A stretch of 64,000 nucleotides of DNA from a virus. Each line of letters opens with the position of its first letter. The stretch's first letter is position 1. Where the stretch lies: positions 1 to 64,000 of IMG/VR virus record IMGVR_UViG_3300016474_000281. One strand, given 5' to 3'. The notes below the pieces were generated by a model, which was not told the origin of the DNA, did not search any database, and saw only the letters and a list, made by a program, of their open reading frames with translations. This document shows positions 7,179 to 14,957 of the stretch, piece after piece. Position numbers and translations under genes: made by a program.

Positions 7179-7943
7179 ATGACAGAGACACAAAAGTTAA
7201 TATTCTTCTTGATACTCAGGAAGTTTTTTACAGGACCTTTATATATTGAATGGTCAGAAGAAGAAGAACCTGCTGGAGTTTTTACTAAACCTGCTGGAGT
7301 TTTTACTAAAAACATACAAAAAGGTTACATACTTTGTTCAGATGATATAGTGATGGAAGTCATGGGTAATCATGTTGAAGGTTTTGAAATTGTTAGCTTT
7401 CCTGAAGATAAAGTGATAGCTGACATAAAGGAACTGTATGATACTAAACTCATTGACGAAAACTTGTATCAGTTGATGGTTGGCATTGTTGTAACGTTAG
7501 ACCATGAAGTGATCATATCTTTTCTTAGAAACTTTACTAAGTTGCCTATCAGAGGGGGTTCAACTATTATAAAGTTTGAAGATATGACTACTGAGATGAA
7601 GATACAACATGACTTATTAAAGTACACAAAAATAGTGTTTAAAAACTTTGAAATAGTACACAAAAGAACTATAGGCAACGTTAAACACTTGAAAGTTGTA
7701 TCTACAAAGCTTCAAGTTGAGATAGCTACGTTGATAGGTAATGAAGATAAAGGATATGTCATTGTACCTGATGTACCTGAAGAATTGTTCAATGATTATA
7801 TTTTTAGAACAACAATGTGTTCAAATGAGCTAAAATCAATAATACGTCAAGATGTGATAGAACATTTGTGTTCAAGTAGAGACAAAGTATATGAACCAAT
7901 CAAGTCATGGCTGAGAAGTCGTTTAAACCTACCTATTGTATGA
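7179..7943 (+). CDS. hypothetical protein (254 aa) with an in-frame 21-bp tandem duplication
   Basis: ISFLRNFTKLP paralog motif; PAGVFTK-PAGVFTK is encoded by an exact repeat. Confidence 0.7.
   Translation: MTETQKLIFFLILRKFFTGPLYIEWSEEEEPAGVFTKPAGVFTKNIQKGYILCSDDIVMEVMGNHVEGFEIVSFPEDKVIADIKELYDTKLIDENLYQLMVGIVVTLDHEVIISFLRNFTKLPIRGGSTIIKFEDMTTEMKIQHDLLKYTKIVFKNFEIVHKRTIGNVKHLKVVSTKLQVEIATLIGNEDKGYVIVPDVPEELFNDYIFRTTMCSNELKSIIRQDVIEHLCSSRDKVYEPIKSWLRSRLNLPIV
7269..7310 (+). repeat. exact 2 x 21-bp tandem direct repeat inside a CDS
   Basis: cctgctggagtttttactaaa occurs at 7269-7289 and 7290-7310. Confidence 0.95.
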
Positions 7944-8527
7944 GCTGGAACAAAGAAACAACTAAAATAAGCATCCATATCTACTTGAACAACTTGTTAG
8001 GTTATCCTTTTAAAGTCAATAGTAGTAAGACTAAAGTAATCAACAAAGATGGTGAAACAGTCTTATACTTGAGAGAAAGTGATAACAAAGCTAGTTATAC
8101 ACTCAGGGTGTCTGAAACGATATTCAAGAAAACAAATGAGAATGGGCATACCATATACGATGCTTTGTATTCATTCTTGAATAAGTTTAAGTTCACTGAC
8201 TTAGAGAAACTGTCTGCAGTTAGTGTTATAGATACCTATTTGCAAGAACGTTTATCTGATATAGTGATTAAGCCTACTAAGTCTAAGTTTCATCCTGATG
8301 ACCTTACAACAGATTTATCTGGTAGGTTGTCTTGTAACACCAAAGAAGAGTTTAGACACGTAGTAGAAATGTTGGAGTCTAGAGGGTATTCTTTCATAGA
8401 GAAAGGTAAAGTGTTTGACAAAAACCTGGTAGATTCAAACTTCTATGGTATTCAGTGGTGTCAGAATGAAAAAGATTTGTTGTATTTCTACACTACAAAA
8501 AGAAACGTATTTAATTCTTATCGTTGA
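7940..8527 (+). CDS. hypothetical protein (195 aa; alternative start 7907)
   Basis: ATG 7940 forms an ATGA overlap with the upstream stop. Confidence 0.6.
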   Translation: MSWNKETTKISIHIYLNNLLGYPFKVNSSKTKVINKDGETVLYLRESDNKASYTLRVSETIFKKTNENGHTIYDALYSFLNKFKFTDLEKLSAVSVIDTYLQERLSDIVIKPTKSKFHPDDLTTDLSGRLSCNTKEEFRHVVEMLESRGYSFIEKGKVFDKNLVDSNFYGIQWCQNEKDLLYFYTTKRNVFNSYR

Positions 8528-8540
8528 TAAACTTTAGAAC

Positions 8541-8759
8541 ATGACTGAAACTATTAAAAAAGTAGTAAAGTCTGCTCGTCACCTGCTACCTCAAATTAGA
8601 GATGGTCAGATGACTGAAGTAGAAGCAAACATTTATGTTAACAGTCTCGATGAAGACCAAATAGCTGATTTAGAGCAGCTTTATTGTAACTACATGCAAG
8701 ATGTTAACTCAGCTAACGAGATGTTAACAAAACCTGTAATCAAATCTATTCACTATTAA
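8541..8759 (+). CDS. hypothetical protein (72 aa)
   Basis: ATG ORF from track. Confidence 0.55.
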   Translation: MTETIKKVVKSARHLLPQIRDGQMTEVEANIYVNSLDEDQIADLEQLYCNYMQDVNSANEMLTKPVIKSIHY

Positions 8760-8771
8760 TTATTTATTTTT

Positions 8772-9554
8772 ATGCAAAACGTTTCATTCACTTCATTTAC
8801 AAATCTCGACAACCTGTTGAAGAATGGTAAGGCAGATAAACCTTATATTCGCCAGGTGTACAAATCAGAAAACACAGCTTACAAGTGGCGTATTGTGTTT
8901 TGTCAGAACAAGAAGTCTGTAGCTCCTCCAGACACTAATCCACTGCTTAGAAAGACACTGAATCTCAAAGAACACTCTATTGTCACAGCTATTATGACAG
9001 CTTCAGAAGAGTTCATTGAGCAACTGGGTATCAGAACTGATGTAAACACTTTCTTCTGTAACCCTAGTAATACGAGTGTTGTAGGTGACTATGTTGTAGA
9101 AGACAAGTTGATTGCAGCTGACACTATCTTTGAAACTGAAACAGTTATCAATGTGGTAGAGTCTTTCAATGTGAATCCTTATCTGAAGCAATCTGACCCG
9201 GTGATTAACCCTTCAAAGGGTACACCTGTATTGGTTCTTGCACCTGATAACGTTATGAGACCATACTACAGACATACTGAAATCATCCCTAAGTCTAACT
9301 GGGAAGGTGATCAAAGCATTGCTCAATACATTCAAAAAGAAGTTGGTGGTGTTGGTGGTAACATATTTACCTCATCTATCATGGCACAAATCCGTAAAGA
9401 CGTTACACAAAACAATGTGGACTACAACACTGTAGAACCATATCAGTCTGTTAGGCAGTCTGAACTGTTTGATGCAGTTGAAGGTGCTAACTTCTTGGAT
9501 GGTGAAGGTATTGAAGAAGATGTGAAAAATATCACCAAAGTATTTGCTCTGTAA
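8772..9554 (+). CDS. hypothetical protein (260 aa)
   Basis: Long ATG ORF; has its own terminator at 9606-9640. Confidence 0.7.
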   Translation: MQNVSFTSFTNLDNLLKNGKADKPYIRQVYKSENTAYKWRIVFCQNKKSVAPPDTNPLLRKTLNLKEHSIVTAIMTASEEFIEQLGIRTDVNTFFCNPSNTSVVGDYVVEDKLIAADTIFETETVINVVESFNVNPYLKQSDPVINPSKGTPVLVLAPDNVMRPYYRHTEIIPKSNWEGDQSIAQYIQKEVGGVGGNIFTSSIMAQIRKDVTQNNVDYNTVEPYQSVRQSELFDAVEGANFLDGEGIEEDVKNITKVFAL

Positions 9555-9605
9555 CAAACTTGGTGTATATTTGTACAGATAATTGGTTTGCTAAATTTGT
9601 TTATA

Positions 9606-9640
9606 GCTGGGGGGAGTATAAAGCTCTCTCCAGCATTTTT
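9606..9640 (+). terminator. rho-independent terminator (stem rich in G-U wobbles)
   Basis: gctggggggagt pairs with gctctctccagc (about 12 bp including wobbles), then aTTTTT. Confidence 0.6.
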
Positions 9641-9650
9641 AACTACCAAC

Positions 9651-10409
9651 ATGAAGAAAAAAGCAACACCCAAAGAGGTTTCACTACCTAGAAGATTAAA
9701 AAACATGCGTATTCAAGTACTAGATACGTACTTGTTTGATGCAATGTTTACTCTTCGCATGTTAAAAACAAAGTACGGGGATGATCTAGATGATATGTTG
9801 TACGACATGCCAGCTTTAGACATACCTGATAACACTGGTGTATCCTTGTTGGATGAAATCAAGATGGTATGGGATGACATCTATCCTATCTATGTTGTAG
9901 ATATTGTACAGCAGATACCAGATGCAGAGAGGGCTAGAGCTATCTTTCAGTATCTACCTACTGCAACTATGTTTGATGAAGGTAGCGAAGAGTTGCATGT
10001 AGCTACAGTTGAAACTAAACAAGTGGAAGAAGATGGTTCTACCAGGGTAATAAACAATGTGTATAGATTGATTAGAAAGAAGACTAGTAAGTTGTTTCCT
10101 AAGCTGCAACCAGGTCAAACTTTAGCTTTCGAGTATTTGTATGCTGTAGAAGTGAGATGTGTAACTACGGATAAAGTGTACAGGTTGCTTGTACCTGAAA
10201 GTGAATCATTTTGTAAGCAAGGTTCTTATGATGCTGCTGCTGCTATAGCTTGGACTGTAAGGCCTCCTATAACTAACCCTAAAGCTCTGGTTAGACAAGG
10301 TGAAAAATTCTTGTGGATTCACAGCTCTGACTCAGTTGTTTTACCTGCTGAACAGTGGAAACATCTTACTAAGAAAGAATACTTTAAGTATCTTGTATTT
10401 CAATCGTAA
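9651..10409 (+). CDS. hypothetical protein (252 aa)
   Basis: The track ORF starts at TTG 9588 inside the terminator; the first ATG is 9651. Confidence 0.7.
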   Translation: MKKKATPKEVSLPRRLKNMRIQVLDTYLFDAMFTLRMLKTKYGDDLDDMLYDMPALDIPDNTGVSLLDEIKMVWDDIYPIYVVDIVQQIPDAERARAIFQYLPTATMFDEGSEELHVATVETKQVEEDGSTRVINNVYRLIRKKTSKLFPKLQPGQTLAFEYLYAVEVRCVTTDKVYRLLVPESESFCKQGSYDAAAAIAWTVRPPITNPKALVRQGEKFLWIHSSDSVVLPAEQWKHLTKKEYFKYLVFQS

Positions 10410-10439
10410 ATTATTTTTTTCATCAATAACGTTATTTTT

Positions 10440-10730
10440 ATGAATGAGAATTTTGTAGTCAACGCTTTACCGCTTAATGCTGGTAACTCTGAAACCAAGC
10501 ACATCGTAGTATGTGAAGATGGTATCAAGGTAGATGCAGATGTATCTATTGATAACCCGATGCCTGGCCCCGATGATGTAGTTACGTTTAGAACTAACTC
10601 TAACGTAGATACTAAAGTGGTGCATCCTACACATGCTACAGCTATCCTACCTAAAGGTGCTGTTGTATCTTGCAATACGCAGGTAGAAAGCAATCCTTTG
10701 GGTAAAGGTATCATTCAAGCTTTTGACTAG
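10440..10730 (+). CDS. hypothetical protein (96 aa)
   Basis: ATG ORF; strong terminator downstream. Confidence 0.6.
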   Translation: MNENFVVNALPLNAGNSETKHIVVCEDGIKVDADVSIDNPMPGPDDVVTFRTNSNVDTKVVHPTHATAILPKGAVVSCNTQVESNPLGKGIIQAFD

Positions 10731-10750
10731 ATTTCACAACTTGTCAGTTT

Positions 10751-10781
10751 AGGGGGGAGGTCTGACTCCCCTCTTTTTTTT
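10751..10781 (+). terminator. rho-independent terminator
   Basis: aggggggag pairs with ctcccctct, 6-nt loop, then TTTTTTTT. Confidence 0.85.
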
Positions 10782-10798
10782 ATCTAAAAATAACACGT

Positions 10799-11755
10799 AT
10801 GCTAAATATAACACCTTACAAAGAAGCTGTAAGAGAAGCAGCTAAGGTAGGTCATTCTTATTTCAGAAATGTGATCAACGCTGCAGGTACAAGGGAACAC
10901 AGCTTGATAAAGAAACCTTCTACTGTAAAAGCCAGGTTCATTACTACTGAAGAATCTATTACACCTGACTATCTTATTGATGAGGGTGTACCTGTAATGC
11001 ACTTTATTGTAAATGATAAGTTGCAAGATAATGGATTTTACCCTTGTAGGACTATTGCTACTTTTAACATGATTGATGCTTGGTGCTTAGACATTGGTAA
11101 AGAGCAACTGCATGATGATGCTTCATGGGGTAGAGGACAAAGACCAGCAGTAAATACTTCAGCTTTGGAGTTCATGTATTTCTGTAACTGGGCTTCGTTG
11201 CAGTTTTTGAAGAATCAAATCTTTGAAACTAACCAACACTTGCTACCTCTGATTGATGGTGAAGCTATGGATAATGATGAAGCTAGAACTTACATCTTTG
11301 AAACAGCTAGCAACGATGAGATTGTAGCTATGGGTAGAAAAGTCAAAGAAGACTATACCTTTGTCATGCCTTACTTGATTATGAAAAAAGGTAATGAAGA
11401 CTGGGGTTGGTTAAACCCTGAGCGTGTAACAGTAGAGGAACTAGGTAAGAAAGCTTTATCTGTTGTTCTACCTACTGAAGACCAATGGAAGCTGATGTTG
11501 GGTGATGCACAAGAACAGGTGTTAGAAGAGATTGCATGGTTTGCAGATAACTCTAACTCTATGACTCATCCTGTAGCGTTGAAGAAACCTAACTGTTATG
11601 GGTTGTATGACCTCTTTGGTAATGTTTGGAAGATGGTACTTGAAAAACAGCTACCTCTTATGAATAAAACTGATTGGGACAAACATTTCTCTGGTAGAAA
11701 ATACTTGGATATTTTTGCATCCTGTGACAATTCAGCTTGGTTCAAACCTTTGTAA
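10799..11755 (+). CDS. FGE-sulfatase (SUMF1/EgtB-like) domain protein (318 aa)
   Basis: The C-terminal AWFADNSNSMTHPVALKKPNCYGLYDLFGNVWKMVLE matches the family signature (ThPVg.k.pN.wGLyDm.GNVwEw). Confidence 0.7.
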   Translation: MLNITPYKEAVREAAKVGHSYFRNVINAAGTREHSLIKKPSTVKARFITTEESITPDYLIDEGVPVMHFIVNDKLQDNGFYPCRTIATFNMIDAWCLDIGKEQLHDDASWGRGQRPAVNTSALEFMYFCNWASLQFLKNQIFETNQHLLPLIDGEAMDNDEARTYIFETASNDEIVAMGRKVKEDYTFVMPYLIMKKGNEDWGWLNPERVTVEELGKKALSVVLPTEDQWKLMLGDAQEQVLEEIAWFADNSNSMTHPVALKKPNCYGLYDLFGNVWKMVLEKQLPLMNKTDWDKHFSGRKYLDIFASCDNSAWFKPL

Positions 11756-11781
11756 TTGATTCATGTTTATAGATTGATTTG

Positions 11782-11813
11782 AGGAGGCTGGGTTAGTACC
11801 TGGTCTCCTTTTT
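11782..11813 (+). terminator. rho-independent terminator
   Basis: aggaggctggg pairs with cctggtctcct (3 G-T wobbles), loop ttagta, then TTTTT. Confidence 0.7.
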
Positions 11814-11824
11814 AATTCATAGCT

Positions 11825-11989
11825 ATGTTATTGAGTATTGAAAGTAAATACGGTATCAACAAAGAGTATTTTAACAACTTACTTGTTGTTGGAATGGGTT
11901 TGTACTCTGAAAAGTCAAGTTCAAAACGTGGCTTTTATTGGTTTGACTTGAAGCGTTTAGATTGTGGAACTACAACTGTTTTAATATGA
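11825..11989 (+). CDS. micro-ORF B1 (54 aa)
   Basis: pep MLLSIESKYGINKEYFNNLLVVGMGLYSEKSSSKRGFYWFDLKRLDCGTTTVLI; 3p junction ATGA. Confidence 0.5.
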   Translation: MLLSIESKYGINKEYFNNLLVVGMGLYSEKSSSKRGFYWFDLKRLDCGTTTVLI

Positions 11990-12252
11990 AACTTCTAAAG
12001 ATAAAGTTTAAAGGTGTTGGATGCAGAGATAATGTAGGTTCGTATTTAGAAAACAGACGTTTACCTTCTTATCTATACTGGTATAATAAAATTAGACAAC
12101 AGCTTTACAATGGTAATAATATGATACTAGAGACTACATATACTAAAGGTGAAACCAGTATTTTAAGTACCACCTATAGGAAACTTTGTGTACCAAACTG
12201 GCTGTTTGACCTTTCTGATTTACAGCTTAGTTTTATACCTATACTAATATGA
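11986..12252 (+). CDS. micro-ORF B2 (88 aa, looks like two fused units)
   Basis: pep MKLLKIKFKGVGCRDNVGSYLENRRLPSYLYWYNKIRQQLYNGNNMILETTYTKGETSILSTTYRKLCVPNWLFDLSDLQLSFIPILI; an internal aataatatgata junction is read in frame; 3p junction ATGA. Confidence 0.55.
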   Translation: MKLLKIKFKGVGCRDNVGSYLENRRLPSYLYWYNKIRQQLYNGNNMILETTYTKGETSILSTTYRKLCVPNWLFDLSDLQLSFIPILI

Positions 12253-12362
12253 TAGTTTCAATTAAATTCATAAAAGAATCAGATTTTACTGGATTAATGT
12301 TTCCTTTTGTAAAAGGTTGTGAAATTGATTCAGCTACTTTAATACTACACGTATGGAACTAG
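12249..12362 (+). CDS. micro-ORF B3 (37 aa)
   Basis: pep MIVSIKFIKESDFTGLMFPFVKGCEIDSATLILHVWN; 3p junction ATGGAACTAG. Confidence 0.5.
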   Translation: MIVSIKFIKESDFTGLMFPFVKGCEIDSATLILHVWN

Positions 12363-12484
12363 CAACTACAACATTAGTGTTTATGAGTTTATTTGGTGAA
12401 AGATATGTGTACAATCCACAATACTTTAGTGAGTTGTACATGAGAAAATTAGATCATGATTCTGTACATCTAACACTACACTGA
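12353..12484 (+). CDS. micro-ORF B4 (43 aa)
   Basis: pep MELATTTLVFMSLFGERYVYNPQYFSELYMRKLDHDSVHLTLH; 3p junction TGATG. Confidence 0.5.
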   Translation: MELATTTLVFMSLFGERYVYNPQYFSELYMRKLDHDSVHLTLH

Positions 12485-12588
12485 TGAAGATAAAAACCAC
12501 AGGAATACACTACAAGAAGTTTTACAAAGAATATTATTGGATCACAAACTCTAGTAAAGTGGGTAGTACATATTTAATTATACATTGA
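12484..12588 (+). CDS. micro-ORF B5 (34 aa)
   Basis: pep MKIKTTGIHYKKFYKEYYWITNSSKVGSTYLIIH; 3p junction TGATG. Confidence 0.5.
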   Translation: MKIKTTGIHYKKFYKEYYWITNSSKVGSTYLIIH

Positions 12589-12695
12589 TGGAAATCAAAA
12601 TAATATTTAAGCAATATCTTAGTGCTAAAGGGTTATTTTTCCCTAGTGTCAAGTATATATCTTCTAACGTAACTACATTATTTTACATAGTATGA
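12588..12695 (+). CDS. micro-ORF B6 (35 aa)
   Basis: pep MEIKIIFKQYLSAKGLFFPSVKYISSNVTTLFYIV; 3p junction ATGA. Confidence 0.5.
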   Translation: MEIKIIFKQYLSAKGLFFPSVKYISSNVTTLFYIV

Positions 12696-12802
12696 AAATC
12701 AAATGGTATCTTATGACTAGAATAGATATTAAAGTACATTCTACATACAGCAGTCTTACCCTAATGAATGATTCTTTAAGTACTGTAATGTTACTGATAT
12801 GA
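12692..12802 (+). CDS. micro-ORF B7 (36 aa), paralog of B12
   Basis: pep MKIKWYLMTRIDIKVHSTYSSLTLMNDSLSTVMLLI; 3p junction ATGA. Confidence 0.55.
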   Translation: MKIKWYLMTRIDIKVHSTYSSLTLMNDSLSTVMLLI

Positions 12803-12936
12803 AAGTAACTTTAAGACTAGTAGGAAGTTGTTATCTAAACAAAAAGTTTTACGTATGGTATTCAATAAAGCATTATGTTATGTGGAATACTATGAACAAA
12901 CAAATACACTGTTCAAATACATTTATGTTAATATGA
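12799..12936 (+). CDS. micro-ORF B8 (45 aa), paralog of B13
   Basis: pep MKVTLRLVGSCYLNKKFYVWYSIKHYVMWNTMNKQIHCSNTFMLI; 3p junction ATGA. Confidence 0.55.
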   Translation: MKVTLRLVGSCYLNKKFYVWYSIKHYVMWNTMNKQIHCSNTFMLI

Positions 12937-12962
12937 AAGTAGCTTTATTAGATGTGAGATGA
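12933..12962 (+). pseudogene. micro-ORF B9, 9-aa stump of a unit
   Basis: pep MKVALLDVR; normal ATGA junctions on both sides but the body is deleted. Confidence 0.4.
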
Positions 12963-13063
12963 AAATAAAAATTTCAGCAATACACGATAACAAGTTTTAT
13001 TATGAACATTCTTGGTTTATAGAAGGTTACAAAGGGTTTAGTGTACATTTAATTACAAACTGA
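12959..13063 (+). CDS. micro-ORF B10 (34 aa)
   Basis: pep MKIKISAIHDNKFYYEHSWFIEGYKGFSVHLITN; 3p junction TGATG. Confidence 0.5.
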   Translation: MKIKISAIHDNKFYYEHSWFIEGYKGFSVHLITN

Positions 13064-13179
13064 TGGAGTTAAAACTAACAGCAAAACACTATCATGTATC
13101 TGAAGATACGTGGAAGCTAGTAGATGTGTATTTTGGTTTAAAAAGTAAGTACATAGGCACTGAAATTTTACTAATATGA
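13063..13179 (+). CDS. micro-ORF B11 (38 aa)
   Basis: pep MELKLTAKHYHVSEDTWKLVDVYFGLKSKYIGTEILLI; 3p junction ATGA. Confidence 0.5.
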   Translation: MELKLTAKHYHVSEDTWKLVDVYFGLKSKYIGTEILLI

Positions 13180-13292
13180 AGATTACCTGGAAACTTATGA
13201 CCAGATTTGGTACTAAAGTACATTCTACATATAGCAATGTCAAGTTAATAGATGATAACATGAGTACTGCAATCTTATTGATATGGAAATAA
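13176..13292 (+). CDS. micro-ORF B12 (38 aa), paralog of B7
   Basis: pep MKITWKLMTRFGTKVHSTYSNVKLIDDNMSTAILLIWK; 3p junction ATGGAAATAA. Confidence 0.55.
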   Translation: MKITWKLMTRFGTKVHSTYSNVKLIDDNMSTAILLIWK

Positions 13293-13426
13293 CTTTAAAG
13301 ATAACTGGAGGTTGCTGTACAAACAAGAAGTACATTTTACTTCATTCAGCAAAATATTACGCTACTTGGCTTGGTAGAAAAGATAAACAGTTAGCTGATT
13401 GTTCATATATATTTACAATGATATGA
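13283..13426 (+). CDS. micro-ORF B13 (47 aa), paralog of B8
   Basis: pep MEITLKITGGCCTNKKYILLHSAKYYATWLGRKDKQLADCSYIFTMI; 3p junction ATGA. Confidence 0.55.
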   Translation: MEITLKITGGCCTNKKYILLHSAKYYATWLGRKDKQLADCSYIFTMI

Positions 13427-13584
13427 GACTACATAGAGAATACGGTTTTGAAGACATGGACATAGAGATACTTGTGTATGGAGGTTACTTTCATAACACT
13501 AAGCTTGGCATAGATCCGTATAAAATACTCAATGATTTTCGTAGACAGTATGAAACTCGTTCAACAATACTTACTTTAGTATGA
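13423..13584 (+). CDS. micro-ORF B14 (53 aa)
   Basis: pep MRLHREYGFEDMDIEILVYGGYFHNTKLGIDPYKILNDFRRQYETRSTILTLV; track ORF 13399-13584 trimmed to the ATG; 3p junction ATGA. Confidence 0.55.
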   Translation: MRLHREYGFEDMDIEILVYGGYFHNTKLGIDPYKILNDFRRQYETRSTILTLV

Positions 13585-13733
13585 GATTAGATAGATTATT
13601 AGGTGAAACTGATATCATCACTGCCAAAGGTAGTTATTTTAACATGCACTTCAGCAATGAAGCTAACTTAAGTTGGAGGTGTACACTTAGGCTTGCTTAT
13701 TTACTCAAATCTATAATGTTTACAATGATATGA
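13581..13733 (+). CDS. micro-ORF B15 (50 aa)
   Basis: pep MRLDRLLGETDIITAKGSYFNMHFSNEANLSWRCTLRLAYLLKSIMFTMI; 3p junction ATGA. Confidence 0.55.
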   Translation: MRLDRLLGETDIITAKGSYFNMHFSNEANLSWRCTLRLAYLLKSIMFTMI

Positions 13734-13882
13734 ATCTAAATGATTTTTTTGGTATATCTGGAGCTGGACATATTTCAAAAATGATTCAGATGAAAAGGTT
13801 TCCAACACTAATGATGCATCTTGAACTCAAGAACAGAATAGTAAAAGATTTAGGAGCTATAACTATACTAAAATGGAACTAA
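13730..13882 (+). CDS. micro-ORF B16 (50 aa)
   Basis: pep MNLNDFFGISGAGHISKMIQMKRFPTLMMHLELKNRIVKDLGAITILKWN; 3p junction ATGGAACTAA. Confidence 0.55.
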   Translation: MNLNDFFGISGAGHISKMIQMKRFPTLMMHLELKNRIVKDLGAITILKWN

Positions 13883-14016
13883 AAGTATTACGTAAGTCAG
13901 GAGCTGGATATTACTCAGAGCCTTTCAAAAAAGTTACTGAAATTGTATTTAAGAGTTATACTCCATACAGGTATAACGTAGCAAAAAATATAAGCATAAT
14001 AACTATACTGAGATGA
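13873..14016 (+). CDS. micro-ORF B17 (47 aa), tandem twin of B18
   Basis: pep MELKVLRKSGAGYYSEPFKKVTEIVFKSYTPYRYNVAKNISIITILR; 3p junction ATGA. Confidence 0.6.
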   Translation: MELKVLRKSGAGYYSEPFKKVTEIVFKSYTPYRYNVAKNISIITILR

Positions 14017-14162
14017 ACTTAAAAGTGTCACGTAAGTCAGGAGGTGGATACTTTACACAACCTTTTTTAGTAAGAAATGACATTGTGTTAATGAGTTATG
14101 TTTCATACAAGTTTAACGCAACAAAAGATACAAGCTTAATAACTATATTGATATGGAAGTAA
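14013..14162 (+). CDS. micro-ORF B18 (49 aa), tandem twin of B17
   Basis: pep MNLKVSRKSGGGYFTQPFLVRNDIVLMSYVSYKFNATKDTSLITILIWK; 3p junction ATGGAAGTAA. Confidence 0.6.
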   Translation: MNLKVSRKSGGGYFTQPFLVRNDIVLMSYVSYKFNATKDTSLITILIWK

Positions 14163-14278
14163 GAGTTAATAAAGTAGGTGGTGCTTACTACAGTTTAAAA
14201 GATAAACAAACTGATGTGTATTACTGCAGACATTTTCATTCAACACAAACTAATGGAACTAAATTAGTACTGCAATGA
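14153..14278 (+). CDS. micro-ORF B19 (41 aa)
   Basis: pep MEVRVNKVGGAYYSLKDKQTDVYYCRHFHSTQTNGTKLVLQ; 3p junction ATGA. Confidence 0.55.
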   Translation: MEVRVNKVGGAYYSLKDKQTDVYYCRHFHSTQTNGTKLVLQ

Positions 14279-14430
14279 AGGTAGTATCTAAGACATTTGT
14301 AAGTGGTCATTTTAACGAGCAGCTTAAAGATTTAGTTGGGAAGAATATTTTTATTCTCAGGTTCTTACCTTCAAAAGTAGATGGAGATATTATTAACTGT
14401 GTTACTAGTGTAAATTTTATTTCAATATGA
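14275..14430 (+). CDS. micro-ORF B20 (51 aa)
   Basis: pep MKVVSKTFVSGHFNEQLKDLVGKNIFILRFLPSKVDGDIINCVTSVNFISI; 3p junction ATGA. Confidence 0.55.
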   Translation: MKVVSKTFVSGHFNEQLKDLVGKNIFILRFLPSKVDGDIINCVTSVNFISI

Positions 14431-14537
14431 AATTAAAAAGACTTCCTATAACAAGTTACACTCACATAAGAATGGAACCCATATATTTTAGACAATTTAC
14501 TTCTAGCTTAGGAGGTGTTACAACAGTAGTGATATGA
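14427..14537 (+). CDS. micro-ORF B21 (36 aa)
   Basis: pep MKLKRLPITSYTHIRMEPIYFRQFTSSLGGVTTVVI; 3p junction ATGA. Confidence 0.5.
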   Translation: MKLKRLPITSYTHIRMEPIYFRQFTSSLGGVTTVVI

Positions 14538-14674
14538 GACTGTACGCATTAAATGTAGTTGGTTGTTATTGGAACAATAAAGGCGATAGTTTCACAATGT
14601 TAAAAAAAAAGCACTACCTTATTTATGTTTACGCAGGTAGCATAGTTGATTCAACAATATTAATATGCAATTAG
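14534..14674 (+). CDS. micro-ORF B22 (46 aa)
   Basis: pep MRLYALNVVGCYWNNKGDSFTMLKKKHYLIYVYAGSIVDSTILICN; 3p junction ATGCAATTAG. Confidence 0.55.
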   Translation: MRLYALNVVGCYWNNKGDSFTMLKKKHYLIYVYAGSIVDSTILICN

Positions 14675-14811
14675 ATCAGGTTGTATTACTTGGAGGAGAT
14701 GCTTGTGATAAATTTAGACATTTTGTTTCAAATTCAATATTGTCTGGATACTATCAAGACCCTGACTATAAACATAAACTTGACTCAATAATCTTAATGT
14801 TATGGAAATAA
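14665..14811 (+). CDS. micro-ORF B23 (48 aa)
   Basis: pep MQLDQVVLLGGDACDKFRHFVSNSILSGYYQDPDYKHKLDSIILMLWK; 3p junction ATGGAAATAA. Confidence 0.55.
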   Translation: MQLDQVVLLGGDACDKFRHFVSNSILSGYYQDPDYKHKLDSIILMLWK

Positions 14812-14957
14812 ATATAGTTAAAATGCTAGGTGGAGCTATATACAACGATAATACTCTTTTGTCAGATTCAAAGAGGAATACACATTCATCTTGGGATTTC
14901 ATATCTTTTGACACAGCTTATGATATACAGTCAACAATCTTGATGTTATGGAGTTAA
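14802..14957 (+). CDS. micro-ORF B24 (51 aa)
   Basis: pep MEINIVKMLGGAIYNDNTLLSDSKRNTHSSWDFISFDTAYDIQSTILMLWS; 3p junction ATGGAGTTAA. Confidence 0.55.
   Translation: MEINIVKMLGGAIYNDNTLLSDSKRNTHSSWDFISFDTAYDIQSTILMLWS

Noticed and set aside
11962-12252. Track ORFs in the arrays begin at TTG or GTG upstream of the junction (11962, 13399, 18273, 18580, and also 21383).
   Set aside because: Each contains an internal ATG exactly at the conserved junction. The upstream extension overlaps the tail of the preceding unit (or, for 21383, a terminator hairpin). Starts were therefore moved to the junction ATG.
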